The notes: generated by a model from the sequence alone, not told the origin. Numbered from the stretch's first letter, positions 37,635 through 47,783 are shown. The stretch is 64,000 bases of DNA from an uncultured Bacteroidaceae bacterium (GCA_964639765.1 CAZXEN010000002.1:33338-97337); one strand, 5' to 3'. Numbers and translations: made by a program.

Positions 37635-39419
37635 TTACATAGTTATTGCATCCTCTGGATTGACTTTATTGCCCGAGTCTTGACTGTGGGATTCTATGAT
37701 GGAATTCAACATACTCTCCGTATAAGAAGCATTTTCTCCAAGCAAGAAGGCTATCTGCTGAACAATCTTCATATTCTGCTTGATAACTTCCTGTGTTCTT
37801 GTAAGAACAATATCTTTTCTGACCTCCGGAGCATGCATATTCTCTATTATGCCACAAACCTGCTGATGATCCTGTACGGAAAAAATGCTCAAACGATAAT
37901 AATTGTCATCCTCTCTTATATCCTGTTCAACCAAATCCTTGCAAGTGTCCAGCACATTTGAGAAATAGTTGTAGAAAGACAATGCTTTTGTAATATCAAC
38001 GCCAGATAAACCAGGTTTCAAATCATATAATTCTTCCAAATCTCCTCCAAGTGTGGTTGCGAATTTTTTATTAGCCTGCACTATTCTTAGATTTGCATCA
38101 ACTATGACAACTCCCTGAGGCATCTTTTTTAGAAGTATGTTGGTTTTGTCACGTGCTACTCTACGCATATAAGACACGCACATATCATTCTCTGCCAAAC
38201 CGTCCAAAAGTGCAGTGGCGAATGATTTACAGTTATCATAGCCACAACCACCACAATTCAAATAGTCGCTGTCACTTATCTTGTTTACACGTTTAAGAAT
38301 TTCCACTATGTCTTTCTGGGTATAGTCTCTTCGCTCAAAAGTATCTATATTGGAAAAGTCTGTTGTTATATCTGTCTGGAAAAGATCTTTGTATGCATCA
38401 CTTTCTTCACATGCAGTGGTATTATCAAATATCTGTGTACGTTTTACCAAAGAAGATGTCTTCTTTATAGTTGCAGGTCCCATGACACAACCACCAGAAC
38501 AACCTAAAACCTCCACAAAATATTTCTTTGAATTGTCAAACTTCTCCACATCATCCAAGACACTCATTACATTCTTAACACCGGAAACTGTAAGAAGTTC
38601 GCAATCCTTTGAAGTCAATTTACAATGGTTTGCAACGTTTCCCAATTCTTTATCCATCATACAGGAAAGCATTCCGCCATCGGTAGGATAAAGATTGCCT
38701 ATACCGGCTTTCATAGGAATAAACTTGTCTTCAGCATTTGGTTTTTGAAACTCCAAATCAACTCCCAAGACCTCAAAAACTTCATTTATTTCCCTAAAAG
38801 TCAAAACAAAATCCAGTTTGTTGTCTTTCAGTTGCAATTCTGTTTTCTTTGCAATGCACGGTCCCACAAAACATATCTTGCAGTCAGGATAATGTTTCTT
38901 AAGGAAGGTAGCATGGGCTTCTACAGGTGAAGCAATTGGGGACACTTTATTTGAGTGCTGAGGATAATATTTTCGTATGAGCTGCACTGTGGCAGGACAA
39001 CAAGAGGAGAAATAAACACCATTTGGTTGCTTGTCAATCCATTCTCTTGCTTTAAGAGCAACAAGTTCCGCACCAAGAGCTGTCTCACTGACTCCCATAA
39101 AACCTGCTTCCTTAAAGGCTGCTATCAGACTGCTGTTGTCTATGTCACAGAACTCACTCAGATAACTTGGAGCCAAGGAAACTACGATTTTTTCATTGCT
39201 TCTTAAAGCACGGATGATAGATTCCACATCATTTCTGACCTTCTTTGCATTTGATGGACATACTTCTACACATTTGCCGCACCATATACATTTTTCAGGT
39301 ACTATACTTGCTGAATTATCTTCAAATTTTATAGCCTTTACTTCACAGACTTTGACGCATTTGTAACAATCCTGACAATTGTTTTTCTCTGTATAAATAG
39401 GATAGCTTTTAGTATTCAT
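37635..39419 (-). CDS. HydS-type (putative sensory, group C) [FeFe]-hydrogenase homologue with C-terminal PAS domain
   Basis: 594-aa ORF. It has two CxxCxxCxxxC motifs (CQDCYKCVKVC, CIWCGKCVEVCP). The H-domain motifs are SSCCPATV, GPCIAKKTE and EVLGCSGGCVMGP. An extra Cx2Cx4Cx16C motif (CGGCGYDNC...C) follows. The C-terminal part is PAS-like (MPQGVVIVDANLRIVQANKKFATTLG). Confidence 0.8.
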   Translation of the reverse strand: MNTKSYPIYTEKNNCQDCYKCVKVCEVKAIKFEDNSASIVPEKCIWCGKCVEVCPSNAKKVRNDVESIIRALRSNEKIVVSLAPSYLSEFCDIDNSSLIAAFKEAGFMGVSETALGAELVALKAREWIDKQPNGVYFSSCCPATVQLIRKYYPQHSNKVSPIASPVEAHATFLKKHYPDCKICFVGPCIAKKTELQLKDNKLDFVLTFREINEVFEVLGVDLEFQKPNAEDKFIPMKAGIGNLYPTDGGMLSCMMDKELGNVANHCKLTSKDCELLTVSGVKNVMSVLDDVEKFDNSKKYFVEVLGCSGGCVMGPATIKKTSSLVKRTQIFDNTTACEESDAYKDLFQTDITTDFSNIDTFERRDYTQKDIVEILKRVNKISDSDYLNCGGCGYDNCKSFATALLDGLAENDMCVSYMRRVARDKTNILLKKMPQGVVIVDANLRIVQANKKFATTLGGDLEELYDLKPGLSGVDITKALSFYNYFSNVLDTCKDLVEQDIREDDNYYRLSIFSVQDHQQVCGIIENMHAPEVRKDIVLTRTQEVIKQNMKIVQQIAFLLGENASYTESMLNSIIESHSQDSGNKVNPEDAITM

Positions 39420-39429
39420 GATATAGAGG

Positions 39430-39678
39430 TCAATGTTTGAAAGTTTTATCTAAAATCTCTTCTAATTTTATCTTATCCACTCCTTTATGGACTTCGCTGT
39501 TTATGGTTACGATAGGACCTTCGCCACAAAGACCGCTGCAAAGCTGTCCTTTGAAATCCACGTCTGCTTTAAGGTTATTGTCTTTAAGGTACGCTTGTAT
39601 AAATCTGAGATTCATATTATTGCCATGAGCAAAACATGAACTGCCCAAGCATATACTGATATTTGTTTTTTCTGCCAT
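39430..39678 (-). CDS. Thioredoxin-like [2Fe-2S] ferredoxin (NuoE-like fold)
   Basis: 82-aa ORF with the pattern CLGSSC ... CSGLC (Cx4C...Cx3C). It ends 10 nt upstream of the hydS-like gene. Confidence 0.7.
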   Translation of the reverse strand: MAEKTNISICLGSSCFAHGNNMNLRFIQAYLKDNNLKADVDFKGQLCSGLCGEGPIVTINSEVHKGVDKIKLEEILDKTFKH

Positions 39679-39716
39679 ATAAATAATTGTTCTTAAATAA
39701 AGTATTGAGATCTTTA

Positions 39717-41669
39717 TTATCTTATAAGGTTAAGTATTTCATCCAACTGAAGGTCTTTGCCTAATATGTTTCCATCATTATCCACAAGGATATTGCTTGG
39801 AAGAGATTTTATATTATAAAGCTTTACAACAGCAGAGTTCCAACGTTTCAAGTCAGACACATTTTCCCATTTGCCTATTCCGTCTGTTTTTATCGCTTCC
39901 TGCCATGCATATCTGTTGTCGTCCAAAGAAACAGAAAGAATATTAAGGTTTTTATTCGCTTTGTAAATTCTTAGGTAATCAATGTTTTTTCTTCTTGAAT
40001 TATTGTCCCAAGAAGCCCAGAAAGATATCAGGGTATAGTTTTTGTTCTTTATATAGGAATACAGGGAAACAATATTTCCTTTGTCATTCTCCAAAGAAAA
40101 ATCCCTTATCTTGTCTTTTTGATATTCGCTTACGCTGTTGTTTGTTTCAGACAGTTGTTCTTTTAGAAGGGAGTATTGGAACATTGTTGTTGCCTCACCT
40201 CTAAGAGAATTAACTGCTTTCTGCATATCCTTGTCAGACATGTAAGGATAGAGATAACTGCTTAGGATAAATGGTGAATATATGCTTGTAGGGTTATCCA
40301 AGACATAGTTTGAAAGACATTGCATAGGGTTCTTTTCCTTGTTGCATGAGTTGGCAATGCGAGAAAAGGCATCTTGTGATGGAGAACCTTCTACGCTTAT
40401 GTTGTCCATATCTTTTCTTTTGCCGCTTATTTTGATATTGTTGTTACCCATAAAGAATGATATACTGCCATCTTTTACAGGAAAATCTATCATAGCCATA
40501 CATATTCTGTCAACCTTTCCACTGAAAGAAAAGTTGCCATTGTTTATTCTGCTTTCTATCACTTCTTTTTCCCCGCCTTCTTTTAGCAATGTAAGTTTTA
40601 TTATTCCTTCTTTTATACCTTCTACATTACCGCTTATATTATAGCTCTCATTGTCCAAAAGCTCAAACAGTTTGTCAGAAAGAGCCTCCTTGTGGATATT
40701 TCTTGCAACTATCTTGCCCGTATTATCCACAAGAACATTGTCCGGCAAGGATTTTATCATATAGTCTTTGACTGGCTTGGATTCCCACATCTGAAAATCG
40801 CACACATTAGTCCAAGGTATGTTGTTATCCTTTATTATGTTTTTCCAAAGGGTCTTGTTGTTGTCCAAACTTACAGCATAGATGTCAAAACCTTTGTTTT
40901 TGTATCTTTCATAGATAACCTTTTCGTCGTGCAGCTGCTCCATATAATCTTTTGACCAAGAAGCCCAAAAGTCAATCAAGACATAGTTTTTCGCTCTTAT
41001 GAAAGATGCAAGATTTACTTTCTTGTTGTTGATATCATTCAAGGAAATATCGGGAGCTTTCTTGCCTTCTGCTATCTTCTCCAAGGATTTATCCCTGTTT
41101 CTGAGTTGTTTGTAGTAATATCCGGAAGTCGCTTTCCCTTTTAAAGTATTCAAATGTCTGTCCATTTCATCAAAGGTCCAATAATAAGAAAGATAACTTG
41201 CAATGATATCACAAGTGAATATATCTTCAGGATTGTTTACCACCCAGTTTTCCAGACGTGCGAGATAGACATCATAGTCTTCTGTTCCTTGTGGCTCTAC
41301 AATGGAATACCATCGAAGGGTTTCCTTGGCATTCTTGAATTTAGGCTTGTCTGTTTTTTTATCTATCTCCATAGTCATTTGTAATGATGGTTCAAGATAA
41401 AGTCTGTATTGTTTCTTGCCGTTAATAGTAAGAAGGGCAGGCATTGTTTCTGTTGCGTTTCCCCTGAAAACAAACTGACCTTTCTTATCCAGCAAAGTAG
41501 AATCCAATCTTTCGTTACCATCTGGCAGATATACTCTAAGAGTAGCATAGCCAGAACCTTTCTTTATCTGTCCATCAATGGTATAACCTCTGCTTGTCAT
41601 AACATATTGCTGAGAATATCCTACAAATGCAAGCAAAGTAAATATTAATGTAAAAACTATTCTTTTCAT
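39717..41669 (-). CDS. Tandem-duplicated TlpA/AhpC-like thioredoxin-fold lipoprotein lacking CxxC in both modules
   Basis: 650-aa ORF with a signal peptide. It has two modules, each an N-terminal beta domain, a helical linker and a thioredoxin fold. The canonical FWASWCxPC is replaced by FWASWSKDY and FWASWDNNS. Confidence 0.7.
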   Translation of the reverse strand: MKRIVFTLIFTLLAFVGYSQQYVMTSRGYTIDGQIKKGSGYATLRVYLPDGNERLDSTLLDKKGQFVFRGNATETMPALLTINGKKQYRLYLEPSLQMTMEIDKKTDKPKFKNAKETLRWYSIVEPQGTEDYDVYLARLENWVVNNPEDIFTCDIIASYLSYYWTFDEMDRHLNTLKGKATSGYYYKQLRNRDKSLEKIAEGKKAPDISLNDINNKKVNLASFIRAKNYVLIDFWASWSKDYMEQLHDEKVIYERYKNKGFDIYAVSLDNNKTLWKNIIKDNNIPWTNVCDFQMWESKPVKDYMIKSLPDNVLVDNTGKIVARNIHKEALSDKLFELLDNESYNISGNVEGIKEGIIKLTLLKEGGEKEVIESRINNGNFSFSGKVDRICMAMIDFPVKDGSISFFMGNNNIKISGKRKDMDNISVEGSPSQDAFSRIANSCNKEKNPMQCLSNYVLDNPTSIYSPFILSSYLYPYMSDKDMQKAVNSLRGEATTMFQYSLLKEQLSETNNSVSEYQKDKIRDFSLENDKGNIVSLYSYIKNKNYTLISFWASWDNNSRRKNIDYLRIYKANKNLNILSVSLDDNRYAWQEAIKTDGIGKWENVSDLKRWNSAVVKLYNIKSLPSNILVDNDGNILGKDLQLDEILNLIR

Positions 41670-41679
41670 AAGTATAATG

Positions 41680-42144
41680 TTATCTAAAAATTTCTCGTTT
41701 TATTTCTCTGTTTGTATCTCTTTCCTTTATGGATTCCCGCTTGTCGTATGAGTGTTTTCCTTTTGCAAGAGCTATTTTCAACTTACACCACCCTCTTTCA
41801 TCTATGTATAGCAGTGTAGGCACTATAGTATAGCCTTTTTCCTTGCTTTTGGCTTCAAGTTTTCTGAGTTCTTTTTTGTTTAGCAGGAGTTTTCTGTCAC
41901 GTTTAGCCTCAAACTTGCCAAAAGAAGAAAACCTATATTCTGCTATATGCATCTGCATTACCCACAACTCACCATTTATAAAAGTACAGTAAGCATCATT
42001 CAGATTGGCCTTTCCTGCCCGTATGCTTTTTATTTCACTGCCACAAAGAACCATTCCAGCATTGTATTCCTGCATAAGGAAATATAGAAAAGAAGCTTTC
42101 TTGTTTTTTATATCCACAATATGTTTTTCTACCATCTGGCTCAT
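41680..42144 (-). CDS. smpB: SsrA-binding protein SmpB
   Basis: It contains the IKNKKASFLYFL block, GSEIKSIR, and a basic C-terminal tail. I chose the internal ATG (MSQMVEK) because the longer ORF overlaps tRNA-Arg. Confidence 0.9.
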   Translation of the reverse strand: MSQMVEKHIVDIKNKKASFLYFLMQEYNAGMVLCGSEIKSIRAGKANLNDAYCTFINGELWVMQMHIAEYRFSSFGKFEAKRDRKLLLNKKELRKLEAKSKEKGYTIVPTLLYIDERGWCKLKIALAKGKHSYDKRESIKERDTNREIKREIFR

Positions 42145-42177
42145 TGGTGAGTGTTTATCAAAAATATTGTCTATTTG

Positions 42178-42249
42178 TAGCCCCTGGGGGAATCGAACCC
42201 TCATTTAAAGTTTAGGAAACTTCCGTTCTATCCGTTGAACTAAGAGGCC
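42178..42249 (-). tRNA. tRNA-Arg (anticodon CCT)
   Basis: Hand-folded. The acceptor is GGCCTCT/AGGGGCT (two G-U pairs). The D-arm is GTTC-AACGGATA-GAAC. The anticodon stem GAAGT/ACTTT has loop TTCCTAA. The T-arm GAGGG-TTCGATT-CCCCC has one A-C mismatch. Length is 72 nt. Confidence 0.75.
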
Positions 42250-42264
42250 AGCCGTAGTGTTTTG

Positions 42265-45237
42265 TTATTTCAATGTTCGTTTTATTTCTATCTCATCATA
42301 TCCTTCAACAATATCTCCTACCTTTATATCATTGAAGTTCTCTATATTCAAACCACAATCTTGTCCCATAACAACTTCCTTGACTTCATCTTTGAAACGT
42401 TTCAAGGAAGCCAATGCGCCTGTATAAACAACAATGCCGTCTCTAATCAAACGAACCTTGGTGTTCTTGTTTATCTTGCCTTCTGTACAGAAACAACCAG
42501 CAATAGTTCCGACCTTGGAAATCTTGAATGTCTCCCTTACTTCAAGGTTGCAGACTATCTTTTCTTTTATTTCTGGTGAAAGCATACCCTCAATAGCATC
42601 TTTCAACTCATTGATGGCATCATAGATAATAGAATAAAGACGTATGTCTATCTGTTCTTGCTCTGCAAGTTTTCTTGCTCCTTGTGATGGACGTACTTGG
42701 AAACCAATAATAATGGCATTTGAAGCTGTTGCAAGCAGTACGTCGGATTCTGTTATCTGACCTACTGATTTATGAATAACATTTACTTGAACCTCAGGAG
42801 TGGAAAGTTTCAAAAGAGAATCTGCCAAAGCTTCCACAGAACCATCAACATCGGCTTTAAGAATAATATTCAATTCCTTGAAATCTCCTATGGCTATTCT
42901 TCTGCCTATTTCATCAAGAGTAATATGCTTTTGAGTACGTAGTCCTTGTTCTCTTTGCAGTTGCATACGTTTAGATGCCAAATCCTTGGCTTCTTTTTCG
43001 GTTTGGACAACATTGAAAGTATCTCCTGCCTGAGGAGCTCCATTCAATCCCAACAGAAGAACAGGAACAGAAGGACCAGCAGAAGTTACAAGTTGATTTC
43101 TTTCATTGTACATAGCTTTTACCCTTCCATAACAAGAGCCGGCAAGAACTATGTCTGTTTGATGAATTGTGCCGTCTTGTACCAATATCTTGGCTATATA
43201 TCCTCTACCTTTATCCAAAGAAGATTCTATCACTGTACCTTTTGCACGTTTATGAGGGTTACCTTTCAGGTCAAGCATATCGGATTCCAGAAGAACTTTC
43301 TCCAACAGCTGTTCTACGTTAGTACCTTTCTTGGCAGATATTTCCTGAGACTGTATCTTACCACCCCAATCTTCTACCAACAGGTTCATATTTGCCAATT
43401 CGCCTTTTATTCTTTCCGGATCTGCACCGGGTTTATCTATCTTGTTAAGAGCAAAAACGATAGGCACACCTGCTGCTTGAGCATGGTTGATAGCTTCTAT
43501 TGTTTGAGGCATTATCTTGTCATCACATGCTACAACAATAATTGCTATGTCTGTCATTTTTGCTCCTCTTGCACGCATTGCTGTAAATGCTTCGTGACCC
43601 GGAGTATCAAGGAATGTTATCTTTCTTCCTGTATGTGGCAAAACAACTTCATACGCTCCAATATGCTGTGTTATACCTCCAGCTTCACCAGCAATAACAT
43701 TGGTCTTTCTGATGTAGTCCAACAAAGATGTTTTACCATGATCAACGTGTCCCATGACAGTAACAATAGGAGAACGTGGCTCAAGGTCTTCTTCTCTGTC
43801 TGCTTCTTCCTCGCTGTTTAGTGTTTCAACAACCTCTGCTCCGACAAATTCCACTTGGAATCCAAATTCATCTGCTATTAATTGCAATGCTTCTGCGTCC
43901 AAGCGTTGATTAATGGAAACAAACATTCCTAATTGCATACAAGATGCGATAATCTTGGTTACAGGCACGTTCATCATTGTTGCCAATTCATTAGCCGTAA
44001 CAAACTCTGTAACCTTCAGTATCTTTCTTTCTTCTTCTATCTGCTGAAGTTCTTCCTGATGATGTTGTGAAATAAGTTGTCTTTTCTCCCTACGGTGTTT
44101 GGAAGTCTTACTCTTACCCATTGGGGACAATCTTGCAAGGGTTTCCTTTATCTGCTTTTCTATCTCCTCTGTATTTATCTCCTTAACTTTCTTTTTATCC
44201 TTCTTGTTTTTCTTCTTGTCTTTCTTTGCCTTTATCTCTTGCTCAACACTCTTGGCGTCTTTATTGATAGGATTAGCAGCATTGGTCTTTATACGCTTAC
44301 GCTTTTTCTTGGCATCCAAGTCTTTGTCCTTGTCTTTCTTCTTGTCTTTTTTGGCATCTGAATGTTGGAACTGACTCAAATCCACTTTTTCTCCCGTAAG
44401 TATAGGACCAGAAAGTTTAACATATTTGGTTTCTATGAAGTTTTCTTTTTTCTCTTCTGTCTTTTCTTTATGAGGAGTCTCCGCTGTTTTTTCTTCCTCA
44501 TTGGTTTCAGCAGCTTGTTGTGTTATAGCCTTTTCTATATCTACTTTTTCCTTATCTTTCTTTTTTCTCTTTTTCTTGTCAGATGCATCGGCAGATTCTT
44601 TATTGTCAGTCTCAGCAGCTTTCTTTTGTTTTTGTTTCTCTTTTTCTTCTTTCTTCCTTTCAGCAACAGTCTTTTTATCCGGTTTTATTTTTGTATTTAG
44701 AGAAGACAAGTCTATAGTTCCTAAAATATTTATCTTCTTGCCGTCTTTGGAAACTATAACCTCTTTATCCTGCTCATTGATTTCTGGAGTAGGAGCATCT
44801 TTATTAATGACAGCCTCTACAGAAATCTGGTTCTCGTCTTCCTTGTTTGAATCTTTCTTATCCTGCTTTGTTGAATCTTTCTTTTTACTCTTATCGGCAG
44901 AAAAGTCTATGGTAGTGGATTTCACAATAATATCACCCGCATTGGTTGAGTCGGCTTGTTTTTGTGTGGCTTCCTCATGTAGGTTGTCTTCAGCTACGAT
45001 TTCTTTTTCGGCTTTTTTATTGATGCTTATTTGTAAGCTATCGGCTTTTTCTTTCTTGGCTTTCTCGCCTTGAAAAGCACTGACAAGCAATTCGTATGCC
45101 TCAGAGTCTATCTTTGTTGTAGGTCTGTTTTCTATTGTCTTGCCTTTCTTTGCAAGAAATTCCACTATGGTATCTGTGCCAACATTAAATTCCGTGGCTG
45201 CTTGTTTTAATCTTATAGACTTGTATTCTGCTGACAT
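42265..45237 (-). CDS. infB: Translation initiation factor IF-2
   Basis: 990-aa ORF. A long K/E-rich N-terminal region precedes the GTPase core ([23 protein letters not shown]) and the C-terminal IF-2 domains. Confidence 0.95.
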   Translation of the reverse strand: MSAEYKSIRLKQAATEFNVGTDTIVEFLAKKGKTIENRPTTKIDSEAYELLVSAFQGEKAKKEKADSLQISINKKAEKEIVAEDNLHEEATQKQADSTNAGDIIVKSTTIDFSADKSKKKDSTKQDKKDSNKEDENQISVEAVINKDAPTPEINEQDKEVIVSKDGKKINILGTIDLSSLNTKIKPDKKTVAERKKEEKEKQKQKKAAETDNKESADASDKKKRKKKDKEKVDIEKAITQQAAETNEEEKTAETPHKEKTEEKKENFIETKYVKLSGPILTGEKVDLSQFQHSDAKKDKKKDKDKDLDAKKKRKRIKTNAANPINKDAKSVEQEIKAKKDKKKNKKDKKKVKEINTEEIEKQIKETLARLSPMGKSKTSKHRREKRQLISQHHQEELQQIEEERKILKVTEFVTANELATMMNVPVTKIIASCMQLGMFVSINQRLDAEALQLIADEFGFQVEFVGAEVVETLNSEEEADREEDLEPRSPIVTVMGHVDHGKTSLLDYIRKTNVIAGEAGGITQHIGAYEVVLPHTGRKITFLDTPGHEAFTAMRARGAKMTDIAIIVVACDDKIMPQTIEAINHAQAAGVPIVFALNKIDKPGADPERIKGELANMNLLVEDWGGKIQSQEISAKKGTNVEQLLEKVLLESDMLDLKGNPHKRAKGTVIESSLDKGRGYIAKILVQDGTIHQTDIVLAGSCYGRVKAMYNERNQLVTSAGPSVPVLLLGLNGAPQAGDTFNVVQTEKEAKDLASKRMQLQREQGLRTQKHITLDEIGRRIAIGDFKELNIILKADVDGSVEALADSLLKLSTPEVQVNVIHKSVGQITESDVLLATASNAIIIGFQVRPSQGARKLAEQEQIDIRLYSIIYDAINELKDAIEGMLSPEIKEKIVCNLEVRETFKISKVGTIAGCFCTEGKINKNTKVRLIRDGIVVYTGALASLKRFKDEVKEVVMGQDCGLNIENFNDIKVGDIVEGYDEIEIKRTLK

Positions 45238-45316
45238 ATCTGCTGTATTTTTATTAAATCTTTTTTAATTATCCAAATCAAGTTCTTCTACTTTCGACAC
45301 AAAGAATAAAGACTCT

Positions 45317-46606
45317 TTAATCCTTATTTTCTTTGTCGTCTTCTTGTCGGTCGTCAGTAGAAGGTTCTTCTTCAAATTCTGCTTTCAAAATATCATATAC
45401 ATTATCCACAGTTTCCATTTCCAAGTCTGCTCTTTCAGCAACATCTTCTTTTGCAAGAGCAAGAACATCTTTTGCTGTGTCACAACCTATAGACTTCAAG
45501 GCTTCTATAATCCATAGTTCTATTTCATCAGAAAATTCCTGTAGATCCACATCATCTTCATAATCCATATCACTGTCTCTGTATACGTCTATTTCATAAC
45601 CTGTAAGTTTGCTTGCAAGTCTTATATTGTAACCTCCTTTTCCTATAGCTAAAGACACTTGGTCTGGCTTCATAAACACGTCTGCTTTTTTTGTGTCTTC
45701 GTGTATTGTTACAGAAAGGACCTGTGCAGGAGACAAAGCACGTGCAACATACAGTTCAGCATTGGTAGTAAAATTGATGACATCTATGTTTTCGTTTCTC
45801 AATTCCCTTACTATACCATGTATTCTTGAACCTTTCATTCCTACACATGCACCTACAGGGTCTATTCTTTCATCATAACTTTCAACAGCTATTTTTGCTC
45901 TTTCGCCTGGCTGACGTACTGCATTCTTGATAGTAATAAGACCATCAAAAATCTCAGGCACTTCATTCTCAAACAATCTTTCCAGAAATATAGGAGAGAC
46001 TCTTGAAAGTATAATGTTAGGAATGCCGTTTTTCATTTCAACTTTCAGTACTATACCTTTTACGGTATCACCTTTTCTAAAGAAATCTCCTGGTATCTGT
46101 TCTTGTTTTGGCAGTGTAAGTTCTATACCGTCCTCGTCCAAAACCATTATTTCTTTCTTCCATACCTGATATACTTCACAAACTATAATAGTACCTACTT
46201 TTTCTTTATATTTGTTATAGATTCTTGCACGGTCATATTCCTGCACCTTGCCAATAAGGTTCTGGCGTATGCTAAGAATATCTCTTCTTCCAAAATCAGC
46301 AAAACGTATCTCTTCACTTAATTCTTCACCCACTTCAAAGTCCGGCTCAATCTTTATTGCTGAGGAATAAGGCACCTGAGTACTTGGGTCTTTCACCTTG
46401 TCATCTTCCACGATAACACGGTTTCTCCATATTTCCAAATCTCCTTTATCAACATTGACGATGATGTCTATATTCTTGTCAGTACCGTATTTTTTTGCCA
46501 ACAGACCTCTAAGCACATCTTCCAAGATACGCATCAATGTCTCTGTGTCTATACCTTTGTACTCTTTAAATTCAGCAAATGAATCTATTAAACTAAGTTT
46601 TTCCAT
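45317..46606 (-). CDS. nusA: Transcription termination/antitermination factor NusA
   Basis: 429-aa ORF with S1 and KH domains (GACVGMKGSRI, AIGKGGYNIRLA) and an acidic C-terminus. The rimP-nusA-infB gene order supports the call. Confidence 0.95.
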   Translation of the reverse strand: MEKLSLIDSFAEFKEYKGIDTETLMRILEDVLRGLLAKKYGTDKNIDIIVNVDKGDLEIWRNRVIVEDDKVKDPSTQVPYSSAIKIEPDFEVGEELSEEIRFADFGRRDILSIRQNLIGKVQEYDRARIYNKYKEKVGTIIVCEVYQVWKKEIMVLDEDGIELTLPKQEQIPGDFFRKGDTVKGIVLKVEMKNGIPNIILSRVSPIFLERLFENEVPEIFDGLITIKNAVRQPGERAKIAVESYDERIDPVGACVGMKGSRIHGIVRELRNENIDVINFTTNAELYVARALSPAQVLSVTIHEDTKKADVFMKPDQVSLAIGKGGYNIRLASKLTGYEIDVYRDSDMDYEDDVDLQEFSDEIELWIIEALKSIGCDTAKDVLALAKEDVAERADLEMETVDNVYDILKAEFEEEPSTDDRQEDDKENKD

Positions 46607-46624
46607 CTATAATTTGTGTTTTAT

Positions 46625-47074
46625 TTATTTCTTTTTACTAAAATTAATTACAACTCTGGCTTTGTCTATATTGTCAAAAGCTATCTGTTTTCCTTCTTTG
46701 TCTTTTTTTGTAGTAAGGGTTACAAACTCATCATTTACTTCGGACAATACTCCATTAAGTTTCTCCCCGTCAGTATTTATCAACTCTATATCCTGACCTA
46801 TGTTCTTATGAAACTGTCTTGGCATGTTGAAGTATTCTTCCAAACCAAAAGACATAACAGTAAGCTCAAAATCTTCTTTGTCCCTATCCAAACGATGTTC
46901 AACAAAACGTGATACATCAATACAGTCTTCCACTTTCACGCCTTGGTCTCCATCCAAGATAATTTCCACAACATTTGCCTTGCTAACCTTGACATCCACA
47001 AGAAACAGAGTCTCTTTTCCCAAGGTTTGCAGAGCTTCGTTGGTTAAGTCTTTTATCAAGTTGTTGTCTAACAT
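46625..47074 (-). CDS. rimP: Ribosome maturation factor RimP
   Basis: 149-aa ORF immediately upstream of nusA. Size and position are conserved for RimP. Confidence 0.8.
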   Translation of the reverse strand: MLDNNLIKDLTNEALQTLGKETLFLVDVKVSKANVVEIILDGDQGVKVEDCIDVSRFVEHRLDRDKEDFELTVMSFGLEEYFNMPRQFHKNIGQDIELINTDGEKLNGVLSEVNDEFVTLTTKKDKEGKQIAFDNIDKARVVINFSKKK

Positions 47075-47150
47075 ATCTTATTTTATAATAAAAAAGCCCT
47101 TAAAGTCTAAAAGACCTTAAAGACCAATTAAAGCCTTTATAAGTTTTCTG

Positions 47151-47158
47151 CAAAATTA
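47151..47158 (-). promoter_or_regulatory. -7 box TAATTTTG for rimP-nusA-infB
   Basis: Exact TAnnTTTG match 77 nt upstream of the rimP start. Confidence 0.4.
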
Positions 47159-47202
47159 CAATAAAATTTGCAATTAGCAACAAAAAGTAGAAAAAAATTA
47201 TA

Positions 47203-47210
47203 TATTTTTG
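47203..47210 (+). promoter_or_regulatory. -7 box TATTTTTG for the nitroreductase gene (inside the 31-bp repeat)
   Basis: Exact TAnnTTTG match 25 nt upstream of the ATG at 47235. Confidence 0.5.
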
Positions 47211-47234
47211 CAAAAAAAATAAAACTTAGCAGAT

Positions 47235-47735
47235 ATGATAGATATAATTTTAAACAGATGCAGTGTCAGAAGATACACTGAAAAAGAAATAGTAGCCGAG
47301 GATTTAAACAAGATAATACGGGCCGGCTTTGCTGCTCCATGTTCCCACGATACAAGGTGCTGGCATTTTGTCGTATTGGATGACAGAGAAATAATGAAAA
47401 GCATAGGTGAGAATATGAATTATGCACACATGATACAGTATGCAGACAAAGCTATTGTGGTATGTGCAGACAAAGAGAAATCTCCATACGGCTGGATGTT
47501 GGATTGTGCTGCCGCTACAGAAAATATTCTACTTGCAGCAGAAAGTCTTGGCATAGGTTCTTGCTGGACTGCTGTCTATCCTTACAAAGACAGGGAAGAG
47601 ACTGCCAGAAAATATCTCTCAAGCATACCTGAAGACATAGAAATATTCTGCATCATACCTTTGGGTTATCCAGCCAAGGAAAAGAATGTGAAGAATAAAT
47701 ACGACGAAACAAAAATACACTACAACAAGTGGTAG
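47235..47735 (+). CDS. Nitroreductase family protein
   Basis: 166-aa ORF with the N-terminal RCSVRRYT motif, typical of the FMN nitroreductase fold, and the expected size. Confidence 0.8.
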   Translation: MIDIILNRCSVRRYTEKEIVAEDLNKIIRAGFAAPCSHDTRCWHFVVLDDREIMKSIGENMNYAHMIQYADKAIVVCADKEKSPYGWMLDCAAATENILLAAESLGIGSCWTAVYPYKDREETARKYLSSIPEDIEIFCIIPLGYPAKEKNVKNKYDETKIHYNKW

Positions 47736-47783
47736 GTTCTGTTCTATGCAACAAAGAACAAAAATACACCATTAAGCATTCCT

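Noticed and set aside
42145-42204. N-terminal 20-codon extension of smpB in the ORF track
   Set aside because: It overlaps the tRNA-Arg(CCT) gene at 42178-42249. The internal ATG gives a normal-length SmpB.
42178-42249. tRNA-Arg as a possible integration site for a genomic island
   Set aside because: There is no integrase, no direct repeat of the tRNA 3' end and no compositional break on either side. The flanking genes are infB and smpB.
44077-45073. Several 90-190-aa plus-strand ORFs (Phe/Leu/Ser-rich) inside infB
   Set aside because: They are antisense to the K/E-rich low-complexity N-terminal region of IF-2. The AAG/GAA repeats read as TTC/CTT on the other strand, giving long open frames by chance.
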